From Camelus ferus (taxonomy: Eukaryota): a DNA stretch of 64,000 nt. A program made the translations under genes and the position numbers. The stretch spans positions 35,652,001 to 35,716,000 of the forward strand of contig NC_045696.1 in NCBI RefSeq assembly GCF_009834535.1. The letters are read 5' to 3'. Within the stretch, counting starts at the first letter, position 1, and each line of letters opens with the position of its first letter. Below are positions 27,496-41,454 of this stretch, piece after piece. The notes under the pieces were generated by a model that saw only the letters and a program-made list of their open reading frames with translations, was not told the origin of the DNA and made no database searches.

Positions 27496-27629
27496 TTTTT
27501 TTTTTTTTAACATTTTTTATTGATTTATAATCATTTTACAATGTTGTGTCAAATTCCAGTGTACAGCACAATTTTTCAGCTATACACGAACACACATATA
27601 TTCATTGTCACATTTCTTTCTCTGTGAGC
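27496..27629 (-). mobile_element. Young, severely 5'-truncated L1 3' end (camelid-type) with poly(A) tail and 8-bp TSD
   Basis: Poly-T followed by aacattttttattgatttataatcattttacaatgttgtgtcaaattccagtgt...ctgtgagc, flanked by TCCTTCTT at 27488-27495 and 27630-27637. Confidence 0.8.
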
Positions 27630-27864
27630 TCCTTCTTGCCTCTAATTAGAAGAGTGAAGGAGAGGAAGTGTTCATCCAACGTCAGAGGCAAATGCTTCCT
27701 CTCTCCCTTTCTCTATTTCTCTCTCCCCTCATTTCTGCAATTCCAGGAGAGGAAGTGTACATCCAATTACTGTCAGAGCCAAATCCTCAGTCCCTCTCTC
27801 TCTCTCTCTCCTGCATATGCAGGCTCTTTATTTCTGCAAGATCGTTACCATAAAAATAATTACA

Positions 27865-28038
27865 TTGTTTCTCAAATTTCCCTAGCATGAGAATCATCAG
27901 GGGAACTTACTAAATGCACAAATATCCAGGTCTATCCCAAGCTACTGATTCAGAATCTGTAGGAAAGGGGAATGGAATCTGGACATTTGATTAAAACCTC
28001 CAGGTGACTTATCATCAGAGGAATTTAGAAGATGCTGG
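27865..28038. mobile_element. MER5-family DNA transposon
   Basis: tttctcaaa...agaatcatcaggggaact...ctactgattcagaatct...cctccaggtga. Confidence 0.7.
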
Positions 28039-28199
28039 TTGTCAACATCACCTCTGTGGGCCCCACATCTCTGCCAACTACTTCCTCATTTTTCTACCAC
28101 CCTTGAGAGCCAAACTTATCAAATAAGAGTCTCAAAGACATCTGAACCGTAATATTCTGTAATTTTATCTTTTTATGATCTCCTGGTAGCCTCATCCTT

Positions 28200-28520
28200 C
28201 TGGTGCCTTCCTAATTCAGTTGAAGGTCGGCACCAATTCATCTGCCCAGTCAGGCTTAGAGCTCGTCTTGGCACTTCTTTCTTGCCCTCCAGACTTTGAC
28301 CCAGGTGATCTTTGGATCAGCATGACGCATCTCTCTCCCTTTTCACTGCAAACATTCTCTTCTACATTTTCCCCTCTGACCTCGACCACTGCAGTAGCCT
28401 CCTAATGTGTCCCCTGCTTCCATTCTTGCCCCACTCCAAGCATCTTTTCATGAACTTTCAGAGATTTCTTATCAATCTATATTGATTAATTATATATTGA
28501 TAAAAAGATATTGATCAGTT

Positions 28521-28561
<41 letters not shown>

Positions 28562-29660
28562 CAGTCACCTTTTTATAACCAATTTTGAATTCTCATTATC
28601 CTTGTGAAAAAAAAACTACCTTCTTTTTGATGATTTAAATAGCTCTGACTCTCCAATGTCATTTCTTTTATTCAAACATTAATTTCTTTATTTTTCAACA
28701 ACTGTTTATTATATGCTAATCTACCCTGTGCTTGGTCTGTGTAGACGCTGGAGAACAGTGAAGAAGACAAATACGGTTCCTACCATCCTGGAGCTTGCAT
28801 TACAGAACGTACAATAGACAATAGACAGATTACAGGAAGGAAATAAAAAGTTGTGATGGATTATTACAGGGTGGTTGGGAAAAAGCCCTCTGAAGAGATG
28901 ATATTTGTGCTGAGAACTAAAGAAAGGAAGAGAGCCAGCTGTTTAAAGACTCCTCCTCCCCGTAAAAAGAGAAGTATTCTTGGCATAGGAAAAAGAAACT
29001 GCATGAGTCTGGAGAGTTCTAGAAGTAGCAGAAGGACAGCACCATTAACAAAGAGCAGCAAGGAAAGGGAGAGTCCATCGTGAGTCTGAGACGGCAAACA
29101 CAAGCCAGGGCACTTGAGGTCACCCAGGCCGTGGTGAGGACTCTGGATTTCTTTTTTTTGAAATGCAAATGCATGAGGAACCCATGAAGGCATTCAAAAC
29201 AGAGAAGTGATGCTATTTGACTGACACAACTGCTTTGGGGGGGAGGGGCACTTCCACCTTTCAGCCTGTGCCACTTACGCTGAAACACCACTCTAGCCAG
29301 AGTGACCAAGTCCAAGTTCCTTCAGGAAGCCAGAGCTCTTCAGACACGAGGCCAGCAGCACATGCTGTTCTCCTTGTCTAAGAGCCTCCTTTGCATCCAG
29401 CTTCCCTTTGGAAGCAACGCCTACGTCTCGTCTTATTTGAGTCATTCTCTGACTACATGGCTTAAAAGTCAACACGAGTATTCCTTCACAGACCACTGTC
29501 TCTGTTCTTTATCATGATTTTAATTCAGTGGTGTGTGTTTTCAAGTATCTGTTCCTTCAGCTGGCTCAAGCCCTATGCAATCCGAGGCCATGCTTCCCTC
29601 AGGTTACCAGTGCCAGGTTGATACTGGAAATGCAGTAAATATCTGTTAAGCAGGTGATTA
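28200..29660. mobile_element. L2 (+) interrupted by an antisense L2 (~28680-29230)
   Basis: Pyrimidine-rich sense L2 text at ~28200-28650 and ~29240-29660 (ending cagtaaatatctgttaa) surrounds a purine-rich antisense L2 tail. Confidence 0.6.
28524..28558. repeat. (TA)n microsatellite
   Basis: About 17 perfect TA units. Confidence 0.97.
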
Positions 29661-30549
29661 CATAATTGCTGAAATAATAATAAATTTCCATTTCAACAGG
29701 CACACAATTTTTAGAAAAAATATTCTCTCTTTTTTTTTTTTTCTATTCATTATACCAATTTCTGCAGACCTTCGACATAATGGTAAAAGCCTAAATTTTT
29801 CACCCAAGCAAAATTTCATGTCTCTTTCTGTCAGCTCAACTCCAGAAACAGTCTCCTCAAAACACACTAGGCGACTGTCTCAACCTGAGTTTGTGGATGG
29901 CACCAAAGATTCAAATTTCTGAATGACTTCTTCGTTATTGGGATCAATGAATGTATAGAATTGTGTCAATAGAGTCCTTTAGGAAAAAGCAGCATCGTTC
30001 TATCGTTTTTATAGGGATGTTATTTTCCAGAGTCTGCCCGAGTCTAGTTAGTTTTATGGCAAATTTTATTTCATATACTGTAACAGAAATCTTTCTATAA
30101 GGCATTATTTTACTTTTCAAACTACCTTAGAGTTGATGATTCATGAGAGAATCATTCCCAAAGAACCTTCCACTGAGAGCGTCTTTGGGAGTATCATTGC
30201 TGGATGTGGAGAAGGTGTTTAAGCAGATGGCCAGCGTGTATTGGATTAAAAACTTACTTAGCTGTTGCAAAAAGTGGTGAGAAGTAAAGGGAAGTTATAT
30301 TAAATATTATTTAAGTTTGTTTTCTAGTAAGTGATTTATTTTCCTAAAAGGAGAGTAATTGGAGGAGACCTGCATACATTTAAATTTTGACTGTATATGT
30401 ATAGGAAGATACGAATGTTTCGTTAGCAGTTACTTTGTGCAAGGCATTATACTAGGCCCTGTGATGATTATACAGGTGAAGAGACACAGCCTCCACCCTC
30501 AAAGGCTTACATTGAAAACTGGAGGGAAAAAAGTTCAGAAATACTTCCA

Positions 30550-30746
30550 CAGCTGACCCTTGAGCAATGTGCATTTGAACAGCATGGGTCCACATACACA
30601 CAGATGCTTTTCAACTGTAAATAGTATGCTACTACACAGTTTGTGGCTGGTTGAGTCTGAGGATACAGAGGAACCATGGATATGAGAAACTGCAGATGGG
30701 GAGGACTGACCAAAAATTAACCCTGTTGTCATTCAAGGGTCAACTG
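30550..30746. mobile_element. Tigger2-derived MITE inserted in an antisense L2 (~30410-31560)
   Basis: Terminal inverted repeats cagctgacccttgagcaa ... ttcaagggtcaactg, followed by TA. Confidence 0.85.
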
Positions 30747-33700
30747 TAATATCCGTCTGAATATGTATTTATTGGAGCAAGAAGACAAGGTGTTTAGGGA
30801 TCATGAAGGAAGGATGACTTTACTTTTAGCTTTGAGATTCTCTGGCAGTTGTAGAGAAGTGGCTTTTGGATGACGGGTGAAATTTATACGAGCTGGTAAC
30901 AGGATAAGATTGTACCAGGCTAGGGGGACATTGTCCAAAAAATTAAGACACAAAAACTTAGGATATTTCATTTACATTGCATAAGACAATTCTGCTGTAA
31001 TATAGGATAAGAAAGGAAATTATGAGGAAAGAGCCTGAGAGATGATTTCACCAGATCACAGAAGACTTAATGTCATCTCTAGAAAGTTGGGCTTTTGTTC
31101 ACGAGGAAAAGAGGAGCCACTGAAAATACTTAGATGATGTATCTGTGAAACGGTTCTCTGGCAGCTCTCCCTAGAAAAGTGGCAGGTAAAGACGGTCATG
31201 TTAAGGAGTAAGGAGGTGACTTCAGTCGTCTTGGAAAGGACTTGTGCTAGTGTAGAGTAGAGAAAATGAAAAGAAAAGGTGTGAATTCAGAAGATTTTAG
31301 TGACATGAGTGTTATAGGGCACAGTGATTAAGGAGATGTGCAGAGTGACAGCACCAGAGAGCACTCCCTGGTGAACGAGGATCACCCTGAGAACAGTGCT
31401 CTCACTGCCGGGGGAGGAATGGCGGAGGGAAGAACAGCTCTGCTGGGCAGATGAGCATCTTGCACGCAAGACTGAGTCCCACAAGAAGCTGGAAATTTAC
31501 ATCTCAAGCTGGCGGAGAGATTAAATCTAGGGATCCAATTTAGAGCTTTCTCTCTGGAAAGAACATTTTAAAAAACACAGTTAATATCATGTTTAGCAGG
31601 TACAAACCTCAATCTAGTCATGCTGATTGCAAATATATCCATCCCTATTCTTCTAATAAGAATGTAATTTCTGGTTAAAGCTGTCCTATCCCATGGATTA
31701 CCAGGAGACTTTAACCTGTGAGTGGCGGAGGGTGTTTGTCCACATAGGTTGACACTGAGACCTCCCCCTCCCAATCTTCCAGATTGAACTTCCCAGCTTC
31801 TTGCTGCTTCGGTGCTGCCCTGCAGCTGGGGGTGTTTCTGAAGTCCTGAAATACCTCAGTCACTTAGTGCAGAAGTCATGACCTCAAAACTCTACCAGAG
31901 CCGAGAAGCTGATTGAAATGAGTGAATGCTTCCATAGTGTGTAACAGAATGTGGTGGTAATTACGGAGATTTCAGGCTCCTCATAAGGGGTCTACAGAGC
32001 CAATCAATGCCAGTGGATGGCAATCCTAGAAGGAAAAACGTATGAAACATTAGTTATTATCTCAGAACATTAACCCTACCGCATAGACCTCCACCCAGAG
32101 AGAAAGAGAATGCTCTCTGTTTAGAGCTTCGGGGAACAGTACCAATTACAGAGCAGAAGAATGTGACATGGTAGGTAGGAGCAGGAATAACCAGAGTTAA
32201 GAATGAGACTTGGACCATTACAGAAACCACAGCTCAAGCAATTTTCTGAAAGTGCTTAGAATGAACTGTTTTATCAAAAGTTGCGGAAGAGTGAGGGAAA
32301 AAAAGACAACTGAGGAAAAAGGTCATTCCGTAAAGCAATGAGAAGGACATTGGGTTCTTTAGTGAACTATTTTGACTCTTTTAGAGTGATAAATGAGATA
32401 CGGAATTTTAAGAGATTTAGTTATAATTTGATGATGAAAAGGAAAAAGCAATGTGGAAAATAATGCTTTTGAGAAGTTAAAAAAAAAGAAAGAAAAGTAT
32501 AGTCATAATGTACATGCATAAAAGGGTAAAAATAAAGCTCCCTTCCTCTTTTTAAGAACTGGAGAAATCTTTCTCAGAGAAGTTCTTGATAGAAAATGCT
32601 GCTATAAAAATAAATAGGAAATAGTAATGATAAAATTTTCTCTTACTTCACAACACATTTTTGTTATACAGATAAAAATTATGCAAAATTCATATTTTAA
32701 AAGAAACTATTTTAAAGATTTGTTTTACATTATATATACTTATATAATACTTATATATTGTTTATCTTTCATGTAATACTAATATAAAAGATAATTAGTC
32801 TTACATTATGTATAAAATATAGCTCCTGGTTTTAAGTAAACTGATTCAATAACTTTCCTGAATGTAACTAAATTAAAATTTTTTTAATTTTAAAAATTTT
32901 AAAAGACTAAAAATAGATAAAAATAACAGATGAATTAATTCATTGCTATTTAGGCAGTAAAGTGCCTTTTTATTTTTGGATATTTATATCTATAAAATGA
33001 AATAGAGAAATGACTTGTTCTTCAAATTCACAAAATTTTCACACTCCAGGTCATTGGATTCCTCAATACTATTATTGTAAATTTGAAGAATATTAATTTG
33101 GGGCATAAAGAATTAAATAATACATTCTATATATTTAGAATGAGTTTCTAAAGTGAAGGTAACCAAATTGAATGGTATAAAGACAAACAATGTATTTTAA
33201 ATATTTAGAATAAGATTCTGAAGACCCAGTTATAGTTAGTTAATATAATTGAAATGATTTTAAATATACTGTACCATTGCACTGATTGCTAACTTTGTAA
33301 GGATTTGTCTTTATTACATTGCAAGGTAAATAGGAATAAAAATAAGTAGTACTTACAATTTTCCCCTGTTAATGGCACTGAATTAGCATTAATAAAACTC
33401 TTTTGATCTCTAAGAGAACAAAATATAATTCTTTTTAAGAATAACTGCTGTTTCGACAAATACTATATCCTTTAAGAGAAATCTAATGACCAAAAAAATC
33501 TGTTCCTCAAAATGACTTTGACCTCCACTTCTGAAACTGACAAGGTGACTTTCTCACTGAACAAATATGGTACAGAACCTTCTAGAGGGAAGCAAATATT
33601 CCAAATACCCAGGTGATTTTTTTTTTTTAATCTTAAAAATCAAAGCAGTAATTTCACCACTGGGAGAAATTAAACCAGATGTGATATCTATAACTGCTAA

Positions 33701-36700
33701 GATTTTTGTCCTTAAGGCCTCAGGACAATTAAAATAAACACAATGACTTTACTCCTCCTTAATGTGTCATTTATATACTAGTCTCCTGTTGGGAACTGTA
33801 TATAGTCAAAATTATTTTTAGTTGTTGATGACAAGTTAAACTCATTTAATTTTATCTAGAATTTCTAATGTTAAAGATAAAAAGATTAAGATTATCATAT
33901 ATTCTCATTTAAAGAATTGTCAAATACAATATTTTCTCCTTGAAATATATTGACACCATTTGAAACAAAAATATTAACAATAAATTATAAAAGGTGTTGA
34001 AAAAATATTTTCAGGCATTACTCAAGGTACATACACTTAATATTTTGCCTTTGAGAAATTACTCTTAAAAGTTAATATGGTCCCTGAAACTACTCACAAC
34101 AGACAAGAAACAGGTAATTACAGGGTAATAGAATAAATCACTGATATTATTAATATTTACTTCTAGACTCAGAAGGCATCTACTTATTCATTAAAGAAAT
34201 GTATATTAATCATTACTTTAATGCATAAAAAATAAAGCCCTTTGTAAACACAAAGGAGTCTTTTTATGTTATAAATAAAACAACATTCAATTTTAGTGAT
34301 TTAGAATTCTAATGCAATATTGAAATAAGATTATTATGAGAAGATATTCTTGGGACTAGCAGTTATTTATTAACATTTGTTCCCCAGTATCTGGTGCTAA
34401 TTGGTATGAGCATTTACAGATAAAATAGAAGTTGATGGGAAGAAAATATATGTGTACCTCTTTAATGCAACCGTATGGAAATCCACAAAAGAATAATTCA
34501 CAAGCCTCAATACAAGGAGGGGGAAAGAAAGGGAGGAAAGTTATTTTTTGCTTCCCTTGAGCAAACATGTAATTTCCATGATTTCTTTTTAATGACTGCA
34601 GTCTGCGGCCAGTAGGTACTGATTTATGAAAAGCTGTAAAAGATCAGGTGGAACTCTGCAGGACATCGTTTACAGCTGCACGGATTGAAACCCATCTAAT
34701 TTGTCTAGTAAAAGTGTGAGCTCACGGTGCACATCACCCAGCCTATAAATTTCCCCTTCAGACCCAATGTCTGGGGCTGGGTCTAAAAAAACGCCAATGC
34801 CTGCAGCTGCTCAAAAAGCCCACATTCCCCTGGTGCGCATGAAGAGACATCACAGGCTCTTCACAGTGAGAGACAAATTCCTATCCATTGATAAACTCTC
34901 CAGATGTCCTCTCGGAGGAGGAAAGGAACCAATTTTTATTTGAATTCCCCAGAGAAATCCTGGAAGTGGAAAAATGATACTTTGCAGGGCTGGTTATTCT
35001 GAGGTCACTGGCATTAAAATTAGGTCATTCTTTGTCTTCCTTATACTTTGATCCAAGTAATAAACAGAAAAACTCGGTTGGGGTCACTCTAATCCCTAAT
35101 CCGCACGTCCTGTCTTATTTCAATTTGTTTATACTAATTTTCTCTAAACTCTTGTTGAGTCTGGCTATTGCATTGAGCTTAAAAATACAAACGATTCTGA
35201 GTTGAGAGGGAAAAATTCTGCATTTTGCTATTAGGCACACTTCATAAATACTCTGCATAAATATCCTGGGGTTTGAGTCTTCATACCCACAAACCTGTAA
35301 GTATAAAAGTATTGCTATTCATGGGACCAAGAGTCGACAAGAGGCAACATTAGATTCTATACTGTGGCTACTGTCGAAATCCAGGCTGTGGGGTGTAAGT
35401 TTGCCTGTGTGTGTGCATGCACGCCTGTGGATAGTCTAATATTTAATTGTCTCCTTTCTAGGTCTCACGTCATTTTCCTTATAAAATTTTCTCACACCTG
35501 ATTTAATGCTATTCCTATCCATTTTGTTTGCTGAGTCAATGTCTTATGAAATGGGTCCAATGTCATATCTAATGTTGACCAGTGACAAAGGCTATTTCAC
35601 TCACAATGGTCATTCAAAATAACCCAAGAATATCATGTACATTTTGGAACCTGCGTTGTGTGTCTATATCTGTAATTCCTCAAGTTCATAGGAAAAAAAC
35701 AAACACAAACAAAGAATTTTCAATTATTTTTTTAAACTGTTTTTTTTTTCAGATGAGCTACTTAGAGAATCATAGAAAAATTTTTCTATATATGTTCCAG
35801 AAGAGAATAACTTCTAAATTATTATGTTTGTATTTTGAAGTGTTCTAGATATTCCTCAAAGGAAAATTAATGCTTTGTAAAATAATGCCTAATTTCTATT
35901 TCTTTCTTTCTCTTAGATCACCTGTAAGAGTTAGTTAAAACTAAACCATAGCACATAAATATAAATTATAAGCTCCTTAATTTTAATTTTTTTAATTTAT
36001 AATTCAAGCACATGGAGTAGAGAGGATTGAGGTAGCTTAGTCTAATGGAAGGAAGGTTGAAAAGTCCTGTACTTTCCACTGTCCCCCCTTCACCAACCAG
36101 GAGGAGACTAGCTATTGATCTGCATTTAACACAGGGTATGCAAATATAACAGAACCAAACTGCCATGTTCTCAACGTTCTCTTAAATTCAGCATTAAAAT
36201 TGTGTTAAAAGTTCATTTTTATCAAATAATCAAACTTATTTTAATTAATTAAAATTTTATTTGTATCAAATAAATTGAATTGTCCACATAAAAATCCAGA
36301 TGAATATACATTCCTTCCATGTCTCCCTAGCGACAGCATGCAGGTCTAGGGCATGATACACAGTTGTTCAGGTTTAAGAATCTTAACCTCACATTTAGGC
36401 ATGTCTCTTGCATATTAGGGAATGGGTTGAAGAAATATCATCAGTAGTAATGGAAATCTCCCAATTAAATAGTCCTTTTAAATGTGGACAGAACTCTGAT
36501 TTGTGACTCAGCTTCGGTTTCAGCTTTCACATGTATTATAGGGGCATAGCATCAATGCGTAACTAACTTAAGGATTAAAGCCCTTGGTATCTGTGTACTA
36601 TGCTCAGTATAGTTGCTGGCACACTGTAAGTTCTCATATATGTTCAATATAATCATCATTATTATTATTACTTATCTAAAAGCAAAGGTCTTCATAACTA

Positions 36701-37068
36701 CTTTTTACACAAACTCCCTTCCTAAGAGGAGAGCATAAAGAAAAGGACAGTCAAGTGTCCACCTGGTCCCTGTGTTATGAGTCCAAGGACAATTAAAGAA
36801 GTCACTGAAAGCTGACAAAAACAACCCAAGGCAGTTTATCAATCGGCTGCTTCTTTTGGCTTTTCAGGGATGCAAATATTGTCCATTTCTTTCACATCCC
36901 TTTTGATTCCTTTTATGTTCCTTTGATTGACCAGAGCTTGGTCATAGATCTGCAGTCATAGATCTATGTCGTTGGTCATAGATCTAAGGTTAGACCTGTG
37001 ATTATATAAAGCAATCCTAGAAGTTCTCTAAATGCTTAATGCATATTCTGCGATAAAAATCACAGTCA

Positions 37069-37107
37069 TATCTATATCTATCTATCTATCCATCTATCTA
37101 TCTATCT
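37069..37107. repeat. (TCTA)n imperfect tetranucleotide microsatellite
   Basis: tatctatatctatctatctatccatctatctatctatct. Confidence 0.9.
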
Positions 37108-37755
37108 CTGTATCTGTATAATAAAATCCATTTGGTGTTGTCACATATGTGAGAATTTCACTTATTACTTCCACTTATTGTTACTCATCTACTTTTTTCG
37201 ATTCCTTTTGTAATTTTTACTTTTAATGACATTGTGACATTATGTAAATCTGTACTGACTTTATGCCCTGCTGTAAGTTTAGTCCAGGTTGTTCAAAATG
37301 TCCCTTAGACAGCAACCTGCACATTGTCTACGGATGATCGTCCAGTAGGCAGGATTTAATATTGGAAACCAAATCCATCCACCAAAGCAGGCAGCAAAGT
37401 GTTCAGTGTGTCATGTCAACTATAACTGAATCCTAAATCACCACCATCTTTGCTAATGGTTAAACAAATCATAAACAAATTATAAAGCTATGTGTGGATA
37501 TATTTATGCTTTTCACTGGCAGAGTTTCAATAATTTAAAAAGCAGTCGTGGGTGGAGAAGGGGAGCACTGAGACAAGACGATTGCAAAGCTGCCAGCTTG
37601 AGCTGATGAAGCCTTCATGGCAGATAAATTTCACAAATAAACAGGAGTGCCACATGAAGTCTGGAAGTTCCTGCTGATGTTGGTGTCAAATTTTGACACG
37701 CAGCAATTCTGCCAACTCCTGATCTCTCTCCCTTTGGAATTTTCTTTTCTTGCAG

Positions 37756-37911
37756 GCCATCAAACCTTCTTCTGGACCAAAGCAACGTTGACATTACTAC
37801 CTTCCGCACAACAGGTGACTGGCTTAATGGTGTCCGGATGGCACAGTGTAAGGAAATCTTCACCGGCGTAGAGTACAGTTCTTGTGACACCGTAGCCAAG
37901 ATTTCCACAGA
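37756..37911 (+). CDS. EPHA3: EPHA3 coding exon (exon 16 equivalent, 156 bp): linker and N-terminal part of SAM domain
   Basis: Long pyrimidine tract ending tgcag, donor gtaagg at 37912. Translation (R)PSNLLLDQSNVDITTFRTTGDWLNGVRMAQCKEIFTGVEYSSCDTVAKIST(D). Confidence 0.97.
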
Positions 37912-38569
37912 GTAAGGAAATGTTTTTAAGACTGAATGATTATGAACTTTCTGGTGGACATACATGTTTTGGATTAATGTATTATAAATATTAGATGAAT
38001 CTCTGAGGTACTTAACTTTCTTCAGTAACCACTGAACTGGCTCCTGGGTCTCTGTCAAGGACACCTTCTAAATTGATGAGTGTTGATGTGTCTTTATTCC
38101 TCATGCTAGGTCCCCACAATAGGTGTCTTCACTGAACTATGACCTCCTTCAAAAAGACCAACAGATACATATCCATACCCAACCCTAACAGATCCAAGCA
38201 CCTGATTTAAAACATAAACCAATTTATCATGATGATTTATATATCCCTGCATTTGCAATTTTCTGCTATTAACAAAGCTTAACCTCTATGGAAATGGCAA
38301 ATTGAGAAATAAGTGGATAATCTGGTATACAAGGAAACATGCTGAAGTCCAAAAGTAGTTTTCACAGCTACTAAATAAACATCTTCTATCATCATCTATT
38401 ATTGTGTGATCTCATGCTAGAAAATAAAGTTATAAATAGATTTAAGTCATGATTTAAAAGGCTTCTTGTCATTTTGGAAAGACAGAATATGCATAATTAA
38501 TATATATTAATATTAATTTGTGACATCACATGTTAAAAGCTAATGATAATTAAGTGTAATATGCTATAT

Positions 38570-39118
38570 TTCTTAGACAAGGATCCTGTGTTATGATAGG
38601 TCTCCTTCGGTAATAGGAATTCTTTGATATGAGAAATCCATGGGCTTAAGGAGGGGCGTTTATAAGGGATCAAATGAATCCAGTGAATAATCCATGAAAT
38701 TCACCTTCATTCACAAACTATGCTAAATTAGGAACAGGAAGTGATAACCTGGAAGTCACAGTCTCCATCTCTCTGTGAATGAGAAAGAATTTACTTTCTA
38801 ATGAGATGGAATCCTTTTCCATAGCTGAAAATGGCTTTCTCAACCTGAGATCATACAACCTTGGTATGCCACTCAACTGCCCAGGGTCCAACTTTCTTTG
38901 TTCCAGTTCCCCAGGAGAGACATTCTGATGGCCTCAGCCCTGCTTATAGATTGGCTTCTCCAAACGCACGTTTGTTTGCCACGAGCTAATCATTTCTGTT
39001 CAAAGGAGGTGGAGTGAGAGAGCATAAACTTGGCTCTAGGGGTCCTTTCCTGAGGAAAAGATAAAGGACTGCTCCAAGAGGTTTTGTGCTGGGCAGATAC
39101 ACCAAAAATTGTCCACAA
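38570..39118 (-). mobile_element. Old MaLR LTR (MLT1J/K-like)
   Basis: Ends ...gtgctgggcagatacaccaaaaattgtccaca; internal ttctgatggcctcagc. Confidence 0.5.
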
Positions 39119-41454
39119 TTTTGTAGCTTGCATCGTCTTTTTGGAAACTGTATTCATCTTTGAGTCAGACTCTTCTATCTTTGATCTTTGTAATGTTAAA
39201 TAAACCCTTCAGTGCCCTCAAGTTTCTTTAAGTTATATCCAATATTTGAATATTTAATTTTTGTTGAATATTTAAGGACTTTCATCGTCATCCTGTCAAT
39301 CATTTAAACAAAGTCACCTTGGAGAGTTACAGATTAGATGTCAAAAAAGTAGTGTGTGACATAGTTAATAAGAAATACATGTACCTAACAAATAGGTAAG
39401 AAGTTTATCATTTGTGGTATAACATTCCAATCAGAAACACGTAGTCACAAAATGATCTAGAGAAAGGGTGTATTAGTATAGAAGAGGAGAATTTGTTCTT
39501 AGAAAATAAATTCATTCTAGTCAACTTAACATGTGTTGGTATCCTTGTTTAAAGTGGAATGTAGTATTTCTTGAATAGACTTCTGACCCAATCGACAATA
39601 TGCTTTGAGTTTCTGTTGTGTATATTTTGATCAGACACAGTCCTAGGATATATTAATGTATTTAAATATTGTTATAAATTCTTATTTTAATAATGTAAAC
39701 AGCTTGGGTTAAGATATACAAGACACCTGCTTTAGAGCACAGAAGCATAGCAAAGAACAAACACAAAGTTGACCATTTCTGCACCACTGCCAGATTTTCA
39801 AAGGCAAAGCTATGCAAATATTTATTCTCAATAAAAACCTCAACACTCAGAGCTTTTAGATAATGGAACGCTATTTGAAGTGGATGAGGCAGAACATTGT
39901 TAATGTGATTAACTGCTAGCTCACAGTTTAAATATAGTCAGACATTATAATCTATTTATGTGTTTAGAAAGCTATTTGCTTAAAAAAGTAAAGAGGCGGC
40001 ATTTGCTATACTTCCAAGGCAGGGATGTATTCGTCTCAACAAATCAGTGTCAGAGCATAAGCTCTGTTTGGCTGGCTAGAATATTTTCACTTAATTGTTA
40101 TTATTATTTAAACAACCTGTGAGTGTACATTCACGATGAAAGCTGACTTTTCCTAAGAGAGGCAGCTCTTTCAGGTTAGCCCTTCACACTGAGCCAGGTG
40201 GTCTCAGATATCTTTGTATTTCAATCCCCACAATGTGCTTTCCTCTGTCCCTTCTCCTCAATTCAGACACAACATCAAATTAACATTTATTGACCTAAAA
40301 CTCCTTGAAAAGTGTTATTTACTTTTTGGGTCTCTGCAGTGTGGTGTACCTCATGCCCCTAGTTTATGTTACAAAAAATGAGATTTAAAAATACATTTAG
40401 TACACTAATAGTCTGTGGAAATCTAGTGAGGCAACATTCTCACCTTAAATACTATACAATATTTAACTCAATATTTCACTCTTTCTTTTGCAATCTTGGG
40501 CTTATTTTTTTATTTTTAAATAATGCTTTATTAAAGAAGCAGTAAAGAAAATTTAAAACAAAATACAAGAAAGAAAAAATAAAGCCTTGTGATTCTGCCA
40601 CCCAGGAGATAACTCCTGCTATTATTGGGCTTATTGTTTAAATTTGATTCCTTTCAACCCCTATTTTCTCTGTGTCCCTTGACCGAATAACTCTAGAGAG
40701 TCTCCTAGAATAAGACAGAGATACCTATAAAAGGGTTTTCCATTTGTTTTTGTTTTTGTCTTTGTTTTTGTTTTTCTATCCATAATATCACTCACAGGGA
40801 AAAATCAATAGAGCTTCATACTCAAATAAATATTAACTTATTTCAATTGTTTAGGGATTTCATTTACATGCCAGCTACTCAAGTCATCTAATTTTCAATA
40901 AAATCTAGAAAATGTGCAGTTGTATTCAGTCAGCATATTGAAAAATATATTTCATAATATTTCATTATCTAAAATGGATTTTGGAAAGTTAACATGAGAA
41001 GGGAAGAGAGAAAGAGAAAGGGCATGAGTGACTGCAGAAACTGGAGACAGAATTAGGTGTGTGGAATGAGTATTAGGCAGATTAATGGCTGCATGTCATT
41101 ATCCTGCACCCTTGGATGCCATTTTCAAAGTGTCATCACCTGTCCTTTTGCCTTTGAAGTACCAGATCGCTTATTAACCTCTGGTCTCAATCTTGAGCTG
41201 CTCTTTAGTCTTGAACTTTTCCACTGCTCTTCTGAACAGGGTAGTGATAACGAGATAAGCATCTGGGGAGCGCTATTGAGACTAGAGCAGCTGGATGTTT
41301 AGAATGATTTTGGACATGGCAGGGTGGTGGGTAGAAGATATTTTGGCAGGGGTAGAGAGGGACATAAAGACCCATGCTAAGGCATACCCTAAAGGGATAT
41401 TTACTGTAATTCCCTTTTCCAGTATAATTCTTTGCAATCAATATAAACAAAATT

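Noticed and set aside
37647..37871. Plus-strand ORF overlapping exon 16 in another frame
   Set aside because: It starts in the intron at a non-ATG codon and is out of frame with the SAM domain; no support for it.
37615..38064. 149-aa minus-strand ORF, the longest in the track
   Set aside because: It is the antisense shadow of EPHA3 exon 16 plus intron, with no recognisable domain.
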